The notes under the pieces are model-generated. The model ran no database searches. It worked only from the letters and a program-made list of their open reading frames with translations, and was not told the DNA's origin. Position numbers and translations under genes: made by a program. From Ostrea edulis (Eukaryota), in the NCBI RefSeq assembly GCF_947568905.1, contig NC_079172.1, positions 70,556,001-70,620,000 of the forward strand: a stretch of 64,000 bases of DNA, read 5' to 3'. This document shows positions 33,515-48,900 of the stretch, piece by piece; the first letter of the stretch is position 1; the number at the start of each line of letters is the position of its first letter.

Positions 33515-34118
33515 GGCCCAGCACAATCTCTATATTTAGCTATATAGTTTTATAAAGCTATTTCAAATAGCTTCATTAAGCTAGTTTCGATTACATTTCT
33601 TAAGTGCAATGGCACATAACAATATACATGTACTTTGAACTAACCACAACACTATTCTAGTTATATATCATATGCCATTTTAAGAATTTGCATGAAAAGA
33701 GAATTTCTTTTGTATTGATAACTGTCCACTACCTTGTGTGCCGAAGCTTAGATAAGTATATGATGACTTTACAATGTGGAATCTGATTGCCTATATATCA
33801 TTCTATTGATCCTCAACGGTGAAGATTGGTTAAATGATGCTTAACAACTTAATGATCCTAAACATTTGACCATTTTGAATCAAAATTCTTCCTAAGGTAC
33901 ATGTACAAAGTTTAATAAATAGTTTTTGTTTACAGTGTGTTGTTTCAAGTACAAGGATGAAATAATTTTACTTAGAAATTCAATTCTTATGCTTTAGAAA
34001 TATATTTAATAGAAGGTTTGAAATAGTTATATCAAGCTATTTCAATTAGCTTTAAAGAGCTATATAGCTTGACTAAGCATATATACATGGCTAATTATAC
34101 TAGAGATTGTGCTGGACC
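33515..34118. mobile_element. Nested TIR element (degenerate)
   Basis: GGCCCAGCACAATCTCT / AGAGATTGTGCTGGACC plus inverted AGCTAT-rich subterminal blocks. TSD not evident. Confidence 0.55.
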
Positions 34119-35212
34119 AGTCTATGAGCACATAATTGAAATGATGTTGCTGAAAGGAATAATATTATCTTAATCATGATCAGATATATATTTTGTTCAG
34201 TGATATAAATATGAGTAGTAATCACAAATACCTACTGGATTGTGAAAAGTCAATAAAATGAATACAACAATAAATAGTCATGCTAAAAATTCTTCCAATT
34301 ACATGAGTATATCATTAGAAATCAAACTCTAAAGACTTAATTGTGACACAAGTATTAGTTGATAAATAATTATTTTCAAATTAGACAGCATATTGACTAT
34401 ACCCAAGTAGATAATTTTATCCTCACTCACATATGGTTATGCCATTGCACTTAGAAACCCAGTCTAATTCAATCTAAACTAGCTTTAAATAATAAAGCTA
34501 CTTCAAATACCTATAATGTTATAGCTAATATATTACTCTTCACTGTGTATTGACATTATTTTTGTGTCTTATATCAATAATTATATATGTTACATGTTTA
34601 TGCCCATTTTGGCCCTGATTTGGTAACGTAAATTCTATTTCACATAGGCCCTAGACTGTATCGGACCTAATGTCTGCTTTATGAAGCAGTGCACATTGTG
34701 TTTTGTTTAATCATATATAAAATGTCACCATAATTTTCATTTCACCTGTTTGACAGGTTTCACTGAGTCTAATACGTTCTTTTCCTTTCCCCCTCCGGTT
34801 GCTAGACAGCTGGGCCATGTGTGAGTTACACGACAACATCGTCTTCTTCTGTTCTTGACGAAGTCTTTCGTTGTATTTCGTAGATCAAAAGTAGCTTTAT
34901 ATCAAACGCTCATCAACAAATATGTACCACATACACCCCAACTATTACATGCATGTGTATTTCAATTTCATGATGATCGACAAAACTAAGGCTATCTGCA
35001 CCCTATTAGGCCTAATAGACGAGATTCACTTCCGTAGTAACCAGAGCGTGTCCGCCATGCTGCGGGGCAGAACGAGGGGCAGCGGATATGACGATATATG
35101 TAAACAAACAATACCTGCGCGCGTGTTTTACAGGTAAACAGCGCCATATTGGAAAGGTATTCGACATCCTGAGATCTTCAACGTTAAGAGAAAATAATAT
35201 TATTATTATAAC

Positions 35213-35835
35213 ATGGTCAAGAGTTGTGTTGCTGTCAACTGCACAAACAGATGGGGCACCGAACTGAATGGGGTTAAACTTGGGTTTTTCCGCATTCCAA
35301 ATGCCAATAAATTTCCGGAGAAAAGGAAAGCATGGGTGTCAGCTATAAACAGAGATGGCTACGAACCAAAAAAAGATGATGTGATCTGCGGAGCTCATTT
35401 CCTAACCGGTAAATAAATATATTTTAATATATAATTAGGGCTTTAATGACCATGCTGACTTGTCTTTAACCTTTTTAATGCAATCTAAGCATATGAGACC
35501 ATATTTTCTTTTTACTGCCTGTCATGATTTCTACCTGCTTCCATGAGAATAAGAAACAAGTATCATAAAATATTAATTGGTTATTTTTACTTAGTATTTG
35601 TATTCTGATTTCAGGCAAACCATCTGATGATTCTGCTCACCCAGATTATGTACCACAAATCTTTATACACTCTCCTACTCCTCAGAGGAAACTAGAAGAT
35701 GATCTTGTGCGATATGAGAAGCAGAAGAAAAGGGTGAAAGACAAAATAGAAACAACAAACAGGAGTCATGCTCATGTTGATATGTCATATAATGTTCCTG
35801 CTTGTGTATATATTGTTTCTGTTATTACTCATTAA
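35213..35835 (+). CDS. THAP zinc-finger protein, two exons (35213-35408, 35615-35835), probably a truncated transposase N-terminus
   Basis: C-x4-C..W..CGAHF in exon 1. G|GTAAAT donor and ttctgatttcAG acceptor join in phase 1 to GKPSDDSAHPDYVPQIF (THAP AVPTIF-box equivalent), then a basic helix and a stop. Confidence 0.8.
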
Positions 35836-36667
35836 TAGTAATGTACATTTCATGTGATAGCATTAAAGATTGAACTTAAACACCTCTTTTTCTTTCAAAG
35901 GACAGTAACAGTTCTGTAATCATGGTAATAGGCTTGTGATAATAATTTGTCCCATATGATGTACTCTGTAGGTAAATTTACTTGTACGCTGCCTGCTTAT
36001 ACTTTCCCTAATTTGATTCAACTCAACCTGCACAATGTTGCACTGTGATCCAGGAAAATAAATCAATGTCATATTTAATCATTTATTGTAAACATATGAT
36101 GAATTAAGTGATCAACAGCAGTGAAGCAAACATTAAAAAATAAATTAAACTGGGTATATACATGTACTATATTAATATAATAACATGATTAATGATATTA
36201 TAAGCAGGTTACATTCTTACATATCAGTTATAATCATTGCACAATGATGAAACATGGATGAAAAATAATAAATATTTGAAGCTGACCTAGGCTAATTTGG
36301 TCCTCTCATGTAGTTACGAAGTGTCGACTGTTGGTAAACAACGATAAACCGGAAGTAACCCTGTGAGGCATTTTTGAAGCGGCGTGACTAAACACGGAAT
36401 AAACACTGTGTTCCGGAGGAACTCGAAACATGGCTAAATCTCATGAGAATGTAAATATAGATTGAAGATTATAAAATACAAAGACAAAATTATACAACAG
36501 AAATAAACAAAATACATAATATAAAAAGTATATAATATACACGTAGTACAAATAAAAATGTAATATAGCAAATAAAAAAGTAATATTGTACAAAGAGAAA
36601 GCGGATTATAAGAAGCTTAAACTGCACCAAGTTACATTATATCGTATAATATAGGTCAAAATTACCT

Positions 36668-36825
36668 TCATTTCTTGTAACTTAATGTAAAAAGACAAAA
36701 CTACACTGTACAAGTCTTCATTTCTTATAATTTAATGTAAAAAGACAAAACTACACTTTACAAGTCTTCATTTCTTATAATTTAATGTAAAAAGACAAAA
36801 TTACACTTTACAAGTCTTCATTTCT
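36668..36825. repeat. 50-bp tandem repeat, 3 copies
   Basis: TCATTTCTT[G/A]TAA[C/T]TTAATGTAAAAAGACAAAACTACACT[G/T]TACAAGTCT at 36668, 36718 and 36768. Confidence 0.9.
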
Positions 36826-38837
36826 ACAAAAAACCATCACTGAGAAATAGAAATCACCTGCACCGCGCAATGATTCATTTAGCAACAACAGATTGAGGAA
36901 GCGTCGAACAAGAAAACCGCCATCTTGGTTCTATTGACATAACCGGAGCATGTACTCAAATTTGAAAACGCAAGGTGGTGTTTTTAACGAATCCTGATAT
37001 AGAATTTATAGATCTATATGTGTGGCTACATGTGTAGGCCTAATGTTTACTGCGCAGCGCAAGATCGACTTTTGAGACGCTCTAACAGAAAGTAAAGGAG
37101 CGTCTATTTTTTTTTTATTTTTTTATTTTTTTTTTTTTAGAAATATGAACTCGACATCACACAAAATACGTCATGCACCAGAAAATGCTACATGAATTGC
37201 GGTATCTTGACTTTATAAAAGTATAACCTACCATTAAATATCATACATAGCATTGTCGCCTACTAAATCCGACACAGTAAAATGTAAACAATTCACAGAA
37301 TGCGATCTACATGTCATCGATTTGGCGTGATGTCATCTAGTATATGTACATTTTGTAATACATCACCCATTTTAAAATGCTTTGATAGGCGGATCAAGCA
37401 ATCTCTCAAGTGAAAATATATTTTATAATGAAACAGCAAAGTTGCAAGTACTTATTATACCATTATTTTTGCAAATGGTATCGTTGTGTCAGAATTAGTA
37501 TCCGACGAGTTTTTACCGTTAATGTTTTGTGAACTTGTAAGTAAAAAAAAAAAAAGTAGCCTTGTTTAACATCGAAAAAAAAAGTCAAACAAAGGTATTT
37601 TAAGTAGTTCCAGCTGCTGGTTGTCAAGGAGGTGTGTCCCCATAGCAAGTTATATTATACAAAATATTGTATGTTCCTCCATCAGTTTCAGCCAATCAAA
37701 TTACGTGTTACAAGTAAAATTAAATTATATTGCAACGTTCGACATGCCAAGTAGTATTATCATGAAAACCTCATGTACATATGTACAATTAATAACATCT
37801 CCAAATGAGTGAAAATATGTCAAACAAAACAAACAAATTCATTATATTTTCCCCATGAAATACATATTTGTTATATTCATGCTTTGTTACATAAAAAAGA
37901 GGGCATTATGCTTCCCAAACAAAGTTGTGGAACATGTTGTTTTTGCTCTGTTTCTTCTAATTATTTTTCTCTTCCACGTTTTTGATATCGACAGGAAGAG
38001 AAATCCAACCTACTTTAGTCCTCATAGCGAAAAAACAATCTCTCTGAATAACCTTTTATCCTTTGTAAATTTTTCTATATATAAATATAAAATGAAATGC
38101 AGATTACAGAAGGAGAAAATGTTGGAGCAACATCTCCTGCATGAGTTTAAAAATGACCTTCCTTATCCAGAGTAATTATTTCATATTTATTTAAATCTAA
38201 ATACCAATAATTTATTTTCGAGGAATTCACTGTTCAGTTGACAGTAAAAAGATCCAATACTTGAAAAATAAAATAAAGGCGTAATCTTGGAAGTTTAGAT
38301 GTAATGCGCTGGTATTTAATAATGTAAATATGTAGTTGAATTTGAGCGGGATCGTGATCAAACGGTAAACTGTAACTTAGAATACTTCCTAAAATAATGA
38401 AAACAGACACGATATATTCCAGATATACATTTATTAGGTTAAAAAGTAAGAACATCTACGAACAGCAGTTAAATTGCATCAAATCATGAAATTTTACCAA
38501 CGGACTCTAAAGTACTCTATCGTACTATGTTTAGTAGGACAGAATGTCGACTGACCTTTCTCGCAGTCAAGCTTTCATGAGTAACATAATATTTACCTGA
38601 CACACAAATGAGAATTTGGATTGAATTGCATGGCTTCAGTTTGAGGATATCTACCCCAAAATAGCTTCCGCGTATATATAGAATATTTAAAGCCATTGTG
38701 TTCACACGTGACAATGACGTTTTGTCATATGACAATATTTCTCAATAATCAAAACGTGATGGAGACCCTGCGGTGACATGAACATTCAGTTTGAACTTCT
38801 TTACCAAATCGAATGAATGTGTATATTTTATAACTAC

Positions 38838-38985
38838 AAGCATGAATCTCATAGCTATTGCCCAATCACAACATATAAAGATTTGGCGTAAAATTCAAGA
38901 CTTATTCAAAGCATGAATCTTATATCTATTGCCCAATCACAACGTATAAAGAGTTGGCGTAAAATTCAAGACTTATTCAAAGCAT
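38838..38985. repeat. 71-bp tandem duplication
   Basis: AAGCATGAATCT...GACTTATTCA at 38838 and 38909. Confidence 0.9.
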
Positions 38986-39418
38986 TAGGAACTAGAAAAC
39001 ACGGTGACCGATGTTCGTATATATTAAGATGCGATCCTTAATTAATGATGTACTGAGGAACTGTTTTTTCTACAACACTTGACCCTATAATTCTAGATTG
39101 CTGCCTGCGTCTCTTTACAAGTAAAGGTCTCACTGTGCATATGACATGTACATGTTAATTTACATGTGGACGTTTAAAATAGAAATAAACACCAACACTG
39201 TTATACATTGTAATTTACATCCTTCTAGAAACGGATATTCGTGTTTATATTGATTTACCGGGAAGAAACACGACCCTTACAAACATTTCAACATTGCATA
39301 ACTGTCCTACCATACATCTGATAACAGCTCTATTTATCACAGTGTTGGTTAATTTGTCAGGGTACTCTGTACAGTGCACACCAGACATTTGAAAACAATT
39401 TTTTTTTATAGTGCGACA

Positions 39419-40732
39419 ATGGAGAAGCAAGGTCTTAATCAAAATTACAACTCACCACCGCCGCCGCCTTATCAGGCTGAACGTAAGTACTTTGTTAGTA
39501 TCTTCAGTATACAACACTGTGTGTTGTAAATAAATTTACCGATACATCCTGAAGTTGAATAGCCAGTACGTCTTGTACTCAGAGACTTCAATAATTATGA
39601 CAAGAAAATTTTTATATGGTTTTATTGTGTCAATCATACATAATACTTATATAGTTTAAATATATTGAAAATAAATTATCCCCATATTCTCTGAGAAAAA
39701 TTGCCCTGATTTAATCAAAATATATTTGACATACCATCTTTATGTCGAACAATTAATTATATTTGAATTTGCCTGTTTTGTCACAGACATTAGTTAAAAA
39801 AAAATTGTCGAGAAACCTGGCTTCTAACTTTATCGATCGATACACCGGTGTTTACATAAGGAAGGTGTATTTACTATTTAGATAGCCAACCTAAATATGT
39901 CAGAACCCGTCGTGTTATCAGGGAACTGTTCATGTCGGTGTATTCTTATTTTCATTCCCCGATATGAAAGACAGGGGTATACTATGATAGTATCATTTCT
40001 TGTCTGTATATCTATTTGTCTGCAACTTTTTGACCTTGGTCTTAACGTTTGAACTTTACAACACAGAGGCTTGAAACTTTGTGAACTGAACGGTTGAAAT
40101 AAATAAATCATGATATGACTTCAAAAGTCGTGCTCATTGATAAAAAAGTAAAATTTTCTAAATTGCATGTTACCCCGCCCATGGGTATTGAGTAAGGTAC
40201 CTTTACATCATTTTTGTCGGGGAAATATGGACAATAAATCAAAATCATGTTTTGATTACGTTACAGAAACTACGGCAGTTGTTTTCCAGCAACAGCCCAT
40301 GGTGACGGTACAATTGTTTAGAGAAGCTCCAGTGCGTACACGATGCCCACATTGCGGAAGTGACGTCATCACAAGTACCATGTTTGAAACAGGAACTGTC
40401 ACATGGTTGGCATGTGCTATAACAGCTTTCGTTGGGTATGTTTAAAATATGCGATTTGTGTAATGTGTAGAATTGAATTTAAAAAGCATTTCTAAAAGAA
40501 TTGTATTGATAACTAATTAAATTTCATGTTAATGATACGATATGTATGATTTAATCCCTGTGTATATTTTATAATGGTATTTATTTATTCTATGTATTTT
40601 ATGATTATATATTTTGCTATCAGGTGCTGGCTTGGCTGTTGCCTGATTCCGTTTTGTGTCGATGGCTGTAAGGATGTCGTGCACTCCTGTCCCAACTGTC
40701 AACAGGTGGTCGGACGATACAACAGAATGTAG
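39419..40732 (+). CDS. LITAF: LITAF/CDIP1-like protein paralog 1, 113 aa; exons 39419-39482, 40267-40435, 40624-40732
   Basis: Canonical GT-AG junctions (phases 1 and 2). N-terminal PPPPPY; CPHC...hydrophobic stretch...[22 protein letters not shown]. Confidence 0.93.
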
Positions 40733-41141
40733 GGGCGGATCAACAAATGCTAATCAACTGTGAATATATATCTTAATGAAAGAACGGTGCAGAAATGTTT
40801 GTGTTGAAGACATTTACATGCAGATGCTAAGGAAATTACAGTCATGGTGGCTTCCTTGTGAAAAATACCAATTGTTGTACATATGAGATTTTGAGTTGTT
40901 ATGATTTTAATTTTTGTTATTTTTTAAACAATAAACATATAGAATATGTGTAAAATTTCATTTTCTTTTGACTGAGGTGTAAGATTCTAGGTTTTTATGA
41001 CTTGATATTCAATAATGTAAATAAAAGCTTATTTGGTATTTGTATATTCCACATTTAAAACATTTTTGTTACGCAATCCTTTGTGTTTTTAGGCTTTTAT
41101 ATAGAAGAAAGTCCACTTGTAGAGAAAAGGTTACCTGTAGG

Positions 41142-41240
41142 TGTCCAATAAGTTGACAATTGCTGTCCTTTATTTTCAAGAATGGACAGATACTGTCCGT
41201 TCTTAAAAATAATGGACAGTAATTGTCAACTTATTGGACA
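41142..41240. repeat. 99-bp near-perfect palindrome
   Basis: 48-bp arms (44/48) around an ATA loop. Confidence 0.9.
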
Positions 41241-42920
41241 GTGCCAGTTAAACCCAATAACTCATTAGACGTCTACATGTAGCCTGAAAATAAGAGAAAG
41301 ACAATACGTTTGTCAAAGAGATACAAATTTAATTTTAAATTCCCTAGAACTAAGAATCAACACAGATATCGGAAAAATCACCGAAATACTTAAAACGATA
41401 TTTCCCCCAAGAAGAATTCTCTGCTCCAACTTTAAGATTCACAATTTTTAGAATTCCATTGTCCATTATTATATCGCATCAAAACTTATGCTGTATTTGA
41501 ATTTCACTGGATCCAAAGGCACACTCCAAAACTTCTTCGCAACGCTATTTTATGTTTTCTTTGTTAGCATATCCTAATTCTGAATTATTATTTTCGCTTT
41601 CATGAATAATTTCATTTCATTTCACAAGATAGGAGTACGAAAATGCTCTCCCCATCAGAGGACGACATGTTGATTTGGCTCAGTACTACAGAGTGAGTGG
41701 ATATAAAACCTGCAGTACAAGACTACTCACCTGATACTGTCCAATAAGTGAACAAAAGAAACAGACTTCTACGCAAGACTGGTTATATTGTCAGACTATT
41801 CAATAATGCTTGTTAAGCTGCCATGCCATGATGCGCTAATGTGAAAGAATACACGATACAGTTACGTGAGAGGATTTGTATTTTCAAATGTTTTGGAATA
41901 CAGGAGAAAATTCATGAAAATGCAATGCTTGTTTTTCAGTGAATGAGTGAATGATACATTATAACCCTACTCCGAAGCCTAAACTCTGGACGAAGGTACC
42001 AGAAATATGCCTCCACATGTACCCCATTATACATATTACACAGTCGAAGTCTTTAGGCTAGAAGATCAATTTGTTTATTTTTGGTGTCCAGGGGTCTGGA
42101 AGCCCCTCCCTAACATTGAAGTCTCTGACCCAGGATATGTGAATGGTAGCCCCTTTTCTGCTCCTGATTACTATGTGCCAAATTTGATGTCAAAGAGTGT
42201 AGGAAGCCTTTCTAAAAGATAGGATAGCCTTGAATTTTCACTAAATGAGCCATTAATAGAGTCCTACCCTGGTGTCAGAACTCCTGACCCCCGGGGACCA
42301 TAGCTACTCACCGTTACCTTCCTACTTTGTTTATTTGATGACCAGAGGTCAAAAAGGAAGATTACTGGTAGAATTTTCCCCACAGCCCCAGAATCCTCTA
42401 TTCAGGAGACATTAATTTTACAATCTTAGAAGTAGTACATGTATGTTACTGTTATGTACATGTATTCAGTTTGGTTTAACATCCAGACACAAAGAAATTG
42501 TTTTAAAGAAATAACACATTTTTCACTTGATAAAGTCATTGACGACGACGGATGACGACCAATCATAATAGATCACTGAAGTAATTCAGGTGACTTAAAA
42601 AATGGACAAAGACAATCAAACGCCTGCTTTGTCGTCGCTGTTGTTTTCTTAGGCTTCAATGATACCGTGTTCATATGTCTTACCCTCTAAAGAATATGAA
42701 AATCGGTCAGCGGTCGAGCAGACAATAGATGTGGCATAATAAAACCCGAGTAATAATACCTGTGGAAACACGTAGACACCGTTCGGAATGCACTACGTGG
42801 GTATTTATACACCAGTTCGTACCTTTAACTGTTTCACGGATTGAACACCAATTATTTTGAACACAGCTACCTAAATTTTAAAGTTATGATGAGTCTGTAA
42901 TACAGGAATGAATTAACGCC

Positions 42921-45900
42921 ATGAGTCGTAAACAAGGTACGTCATGCTTTGTTTCTCTCTACAGTGTTAATCTCTCGAAAAAAAATATTTCGCCCATTTT
43001 TCTTTAATACCAGCGTAAGGTTTTTGTCAATGTTTATCTACTGTTTTTTTTACTTCCTGGTGAAATATATTTTGTTAAAGGCATTGATCCGCTGTATCAA
43101 TTGATCTGTTAGACCTTAAAATTCAGCCATTCTTGTCGGCCGGGTGCCAAATTGTGTGTGTTTCTACGTGTGTGTATATAATATGATTTGAAAAGAGTAC
43201 AGTATGTGATGGAATGAATATTTCCAATCAAAAAAGTAAAGGACCAAAAGACTCGAATAGAAAGTTAATATACATTTTATGATATTACTGCCTGAAGAAG
43301 TATACGTAGTAGCAAAATGTTATTGGAGTTTTGTGTTTCGTGACTTATCTATATCCAATGTTTTTGCCTTTCTTACTTCTACAAATTGTAAGGATAGTAA
43401 TTTCTTCATTCTTTTTATTTACATGTTATGATTCAACAAGGCTCGTGCCCTGTGTTTGTTTACGTGGGTTAAATAAACTAGTAAAAGTTCGATAGGTTCG
43501 ATAAGCATCGTGGTGCTCATTATTCTGTAATGTGGTTAAATGGTCAAATTCAGAATAAATTTGGTAAATATGTCACAAACGTAGTCCCTTTCTGGCATTC
43601 TAATTCTTATTTTAACATTGTTATTGACTTTTAGCAATGACAGATACACTTATTTTAACATATGGATATTGACTTCTAGCAATGACAGATACACTTATTT
43701 TAACATATTGTTATTGACTTTTAGCAATGACAGATACACTTATTTTAACATTGTTATTGACTTCTAGCAATGACAGATACACTTATTTTAACTTTGTTAT
43801 TGACTTTTAGTAATGACAGATACACTTATTTTAACATTGACTTCTAGCAATGACAGATACACTTATTTTAACATATCGGTATTGACTTCTAGCAATGACA
43901 GATACACTTATTTTAACTTTGTTATTGACTTTTAGTAATGACAGATACACTTATTTTAACGTTGTTATTGACTTTTAGTAATGACAGATACACTTATTTT
44001 AACATTGTTATTGACTTTTAGTAATGACAGATACACTTATTTTAACATATCGATATTGACTTTTAGTAATGACAGATACACTTATTTTAACATTGTTATT
44101 GACTTTTAGTAATGACAGATACACTTATTTTAACATTGACTTTTAGTAATGACAGATACACTTATTTTAACATATTGATATTGACTTTTAGCAATGACAG
44201 ATACACTTATTTTAACATATTGATATTGACTTCTAGCAATGACAGATACACTTATTTTAACATTGTTATTGACTTTTAGTAATGACAGATACACTTATTT
44301 TAACATTGTTATTGACTTTTAGTAATGACAGATACACTTATTTTAACATTGTTATTGACTTTTAGTAATGACAGATACACTTATTTTAACATATGAATAT
44401 TGACTTCTAGCAATGACAAATACACTTATTTTAACATTGTTATTGACTTCTAGCAATGACAGATACACTTATTTTAACATTGTTATTGACTTATAGTAAT
44501 GACAGATACACTTATTTTAACATTGACTTTTAGCAATGACAGATACACTTATTTTAACATTGTTATTAACTTCTAGCAATGACAGATACACTTATTTTAA
44601 CATATTGATATTGACTTTTTAGTAATGACAGATACACTTATTTTAACATATGAATATTTACTTTTAGTAATGACAGATACACTTATTTTAACATTGTTAT
44701 TGACTTTTAGTAATGATAGATACACTTATTTTAACATTGACTTTTAGCAATGACAAATACACTTATTTTAACATATGAATATTGACTTTTAGTAATGACA
44801 GATACACTTATTTTAACATTGTTATTGACTTTTAGTAATGACAGATACACTTAATTTAACATTGACTTTTAGCAATGACAAATACACTTATTTTAACATA
44901 TGAATATTGACTTTTAGTAATGAGAGATACACTTATTTTAACATTGTTATTGACTTTTAGCAATGACAGATACACTTATTTTAACATTGACTTTTAGTAA
45001 TGACAGATACACTTATTTTAACATTGTTATTGACTTTTAGTAATGACAAATACACTTATTTTAACATTGTTATTGACTTTTAGTAATGACAGATACACTT
45101 ATTTTAACATTGTTATTGACTTTTAGTAATGACAGATACACTTATTTTAACATTGTTATTGACTTTTAGTAATGACAGATACACTTATTTTAACATATTG
45201 ATATTGACTTCTAGCAATGACAGATACACTTATTTTAACATATCGGTATTGACTTCTAGCAATGACAGATACACTTATTTTAACTTTGTTATTGACTTTT
45301 AGTAATGACAGATACACTTATTTTAACGTTGTTATTGACTTTTAGCAATGACAGATACACTTATTTTAACATTGACTTTTAGCAATGACAAATACACTTA
45401 TTTTAACATTGACTTCTAGCAATGACAAATACACTTATTTTAACATATTGATATTGACTTTTTAGTAATGACAGATACACTTATTTTAACATTGTTATTG
45501 ACTTTTAGTAATGACAGATACACTTATTTTAACATTGTTATTGACTTTTAGTAATGACAGATACACTTATTTTAACATTGTTATTGACTTTTAGTAATGA
45601 CAGATACACTTCTTTTAACATTGTTATTGACTTTTAGTAATGACAGATACACTTATTTTAACATTGTTATTGACTTCTAGCAATGACAGATACACTTATT
45701 TTAACATTGACTTTTAGCAATGACAGATACACTTATTTTAACATTGACTTTTAGCAATGACAAATACACTTATTTTAACATTGACTTCTAGCAATGACAA
45801 ATACACTTATTTTAACATATTGATATTGACTTTTTAGTAATGACAGATACACTTATTTTAACATTGTTATTGACTTTTAGTAATGACAGATACACTTATT

Positions 45901-48900
45901 TTAACATATTGATATTGACTTTTTAGTAATGACAGATACACTTATTTTAACATTGTTATTGACTTTTAGTAATGACAGATACACTTATTTTAACATTGAC
46001 TTTTAGTAATGACAGATACACTTATTTTAACATTGACTTTTAGTAATGACAGATACACTTATTTTAACATATTGATATTGACTTTTTAGTAATGACAGAT
46101 ACACTTATTTTAACATATTGATATTGACTTTTTAGTAATGACAGATACACTTATTTTAACATTGTTATTGACTTTTAGTAATGACAGATACACTTATTTT
46201 AACATTGACTTCTAGCAATGACAGATACACTTATTTTAACATATGAATATTGACTTTTTAGTAATGACAGATACACACTTATTTTAACATTGACTTTTAG
46301 CAATGACAAATACACTTATTTTAACATATGAATATTGACTTTTAGTAATGACAGATACACTTATTTTAACATTGTTATTGACTTTTAGTAATGACAGATA
46401 CACTTATTTTAACATATCGATATTGACTTTTTAATAATGACAGATACACTTATTTTAACATTGACTTTTAGCAATGACAGATACACTTAATTTAACACTG
46501 ACTTTTAGTAATGACAGATACACTTATTTTAACATTGTTATTGACTTTTAGTAATGACAGATACACTTATTTTAACATATGGATATTGACTTCTAGCAAT
46601 GACAAATACACTTATTTTAACATTAACTTTTAGTAATGACAGATACATTTATTTTAACATTGACTTTTAGTAATGACAGATACACTTATTTTAACATATC
46701 GATATTGACTTCTAGCAATGACAGATACACTTATTTTAACATTGTTATTGACTTTTAGTAATGACAGATACACTTATTTTAACATTGCTATTGACTTTTA
46801 GTAATGACAGATACACTTATTTTAACATTGTTATTGACTTTTAGTAATGACAGATACACTTATTTTAACATTGACTTTTAGTAATGACAGATACACTTAT
46901 TTTAACATTGCTATTGACTTTTAGTAATGACAGATACACTTATTTTAACATTGTTATTGACTTTTAGTAATGACAGATACACTTATTTTAACATTGACTT
47001 TTAGTAATGACAGATACACACTTATTTTAACATTGACTTTTAGCAATGACAGATACACTTATTTTAACATATGAATATTGACTTTTTAGTAATGACAGAT
47101 ACACACTTATTTTAACATTGACTTTTAGCAATGACAAATACACTTATTTTAACATATGAATATTGACTTTTAGTAATGACAGATACACTTATTTTAACAT
47201 TGTTATTGACTTTTAGTAATGACAGATACACTTATTTTAACATATCGATATTGACTTTTTAATAATGACAGATACACTTATTTTAACATTGACTTTTAGC
47301 AATGACAGATACACTTATTTTAACATTGACTTTTAGTAATGACAGATACACTTATTTTAACATTGACTTTTAGTAATGACAGATACACTTATTTTAACAT
47401 TGTTATTGACTTTTAGTAATGACAGATACACTTATTTTAACATTATTATTGACTTTTAGTAATGACAGATACACTTATTTTAACATATCGATATTGACTT
47501 TTTAGTAATGACAGATACACTTATTTTAACGTTGACTTTTAGTAATGACAGATACACTTATTTGAACATTATTATTGACTTTTAGCAATGACAGATACAC
47601 TTATATTAACATATCGATATTGACTTTTTAGTAATGACAGATACACTTATTTTAACATTATTATTGACTTTTAGTAATGACAGATACACTTATTTTAACA
47701 TATCGATATTGACTTTTTAGCAATGACAGATACACTTATTTTAACATTGTTATTGACTTTTAGTAATGACAGATACACTTATTTTAACATATCGATATTG
47801 ACTTTTAGCAATGACAGATACACTTATTTTAACATTGACTTCTAGCAATGACAGATACACTTATTTTAACGTTGACTTTTAGTAATGACAGATACACTTA
47901 TTTTAACATTATCTTTTAGTAATGACAGATACACTTATTTTAACATATCGATATTGACTTTTTAGCAATGACAGATACACTTATTTTAACATTGTTATTG
48001 ACTTTTAGTAATGACAGATACACTTATTTTAACATATCGATATTGACTTTTAGCAATGACAGATACACTTATTCTAACATTGACTTCTAGCAATGACAGA
48101 TACACTTATTTTAACGTTGACTTTTAGTAATGACAGATACACTTATTTTAACATATCGATATTGACTTTTTAGTAATGACAGATACACTTATTTTAACAT
48201 TGTTATTGACTTTTAGCAATGACAGATACACTTATTTTAACATTGACTTCTAGCAATGACAGATACACTTATTTTAACATATTGATATTGACTTTTAGTA
48301 ATGACAGATACACTTATTTTAACATTGTTATTGACTTTTAGCAATGACAGATACACTTATATTAACATATCGATATTGACTTTTTAGTAATGACAGATAC
48401 ACTTATTTTAACAATAACTTTTAGTAATGACAGATACACTTATTTTAACATATCGATATTGACTTTTTAGTAATGACAGATACACTTATTTTAACATTGT
48501 TATTGACTTTTAGTAATGACAGATACACTTATTTTAACATATCGATATTGACTTTTAGCAATGACAGATACACTTATTTTAACATTGACTTCTAGCAATG
48601 ACAGATACACTTATTTTAACGTTGACTTTTAGTAATGACAGATACACTTATTTTAACATTAACTTTTAGTAATGACAGATACACTTATTTTAACATATCG
48701 ATATTGACTTTTTAGCAATGACAGATACACTTATTTTAACATTGTTATTGACTTTTAGCAATGACAGATACACTTATTTTAACATATCGATATTGACTTT
48801 TAGCAATGACAGATACACTTATTTTAACATTGACTTCTAGCAATGACAGATACACTTATTTTAACGTTGACTTTTAGTAATGACAGATACACTTATTTTA

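Larger units (their letters stand above)
31515..36434 (+). mobile_element. Internally deleted PIF/Harbinger-ISL2EU-group transposon retaining a THAP gene
   Basis: Outer TIR 31513-31541 / 36408-36436 (28/29, including flanking TA). Inner block 31596-31613 / 36347-36364 (17/18). THAP exons inside; no DDE domain seen. Confidence 0.8.

Noticed and set aside
34746-34818. Divergent second gene (YqaJ-like partner) of the THAP element, MAQLSSNRRGKGKERIRL...
   Set aside because: No downstream exon with SWIM or exonuclease motifs could be found by eye.
40167-40445. Track ORFs 40167-40445, 49796-49987 and 35213-35416 as complete proteins
   Set aside because: Each is one exon read through into flanking intron; replaced by spliced models.
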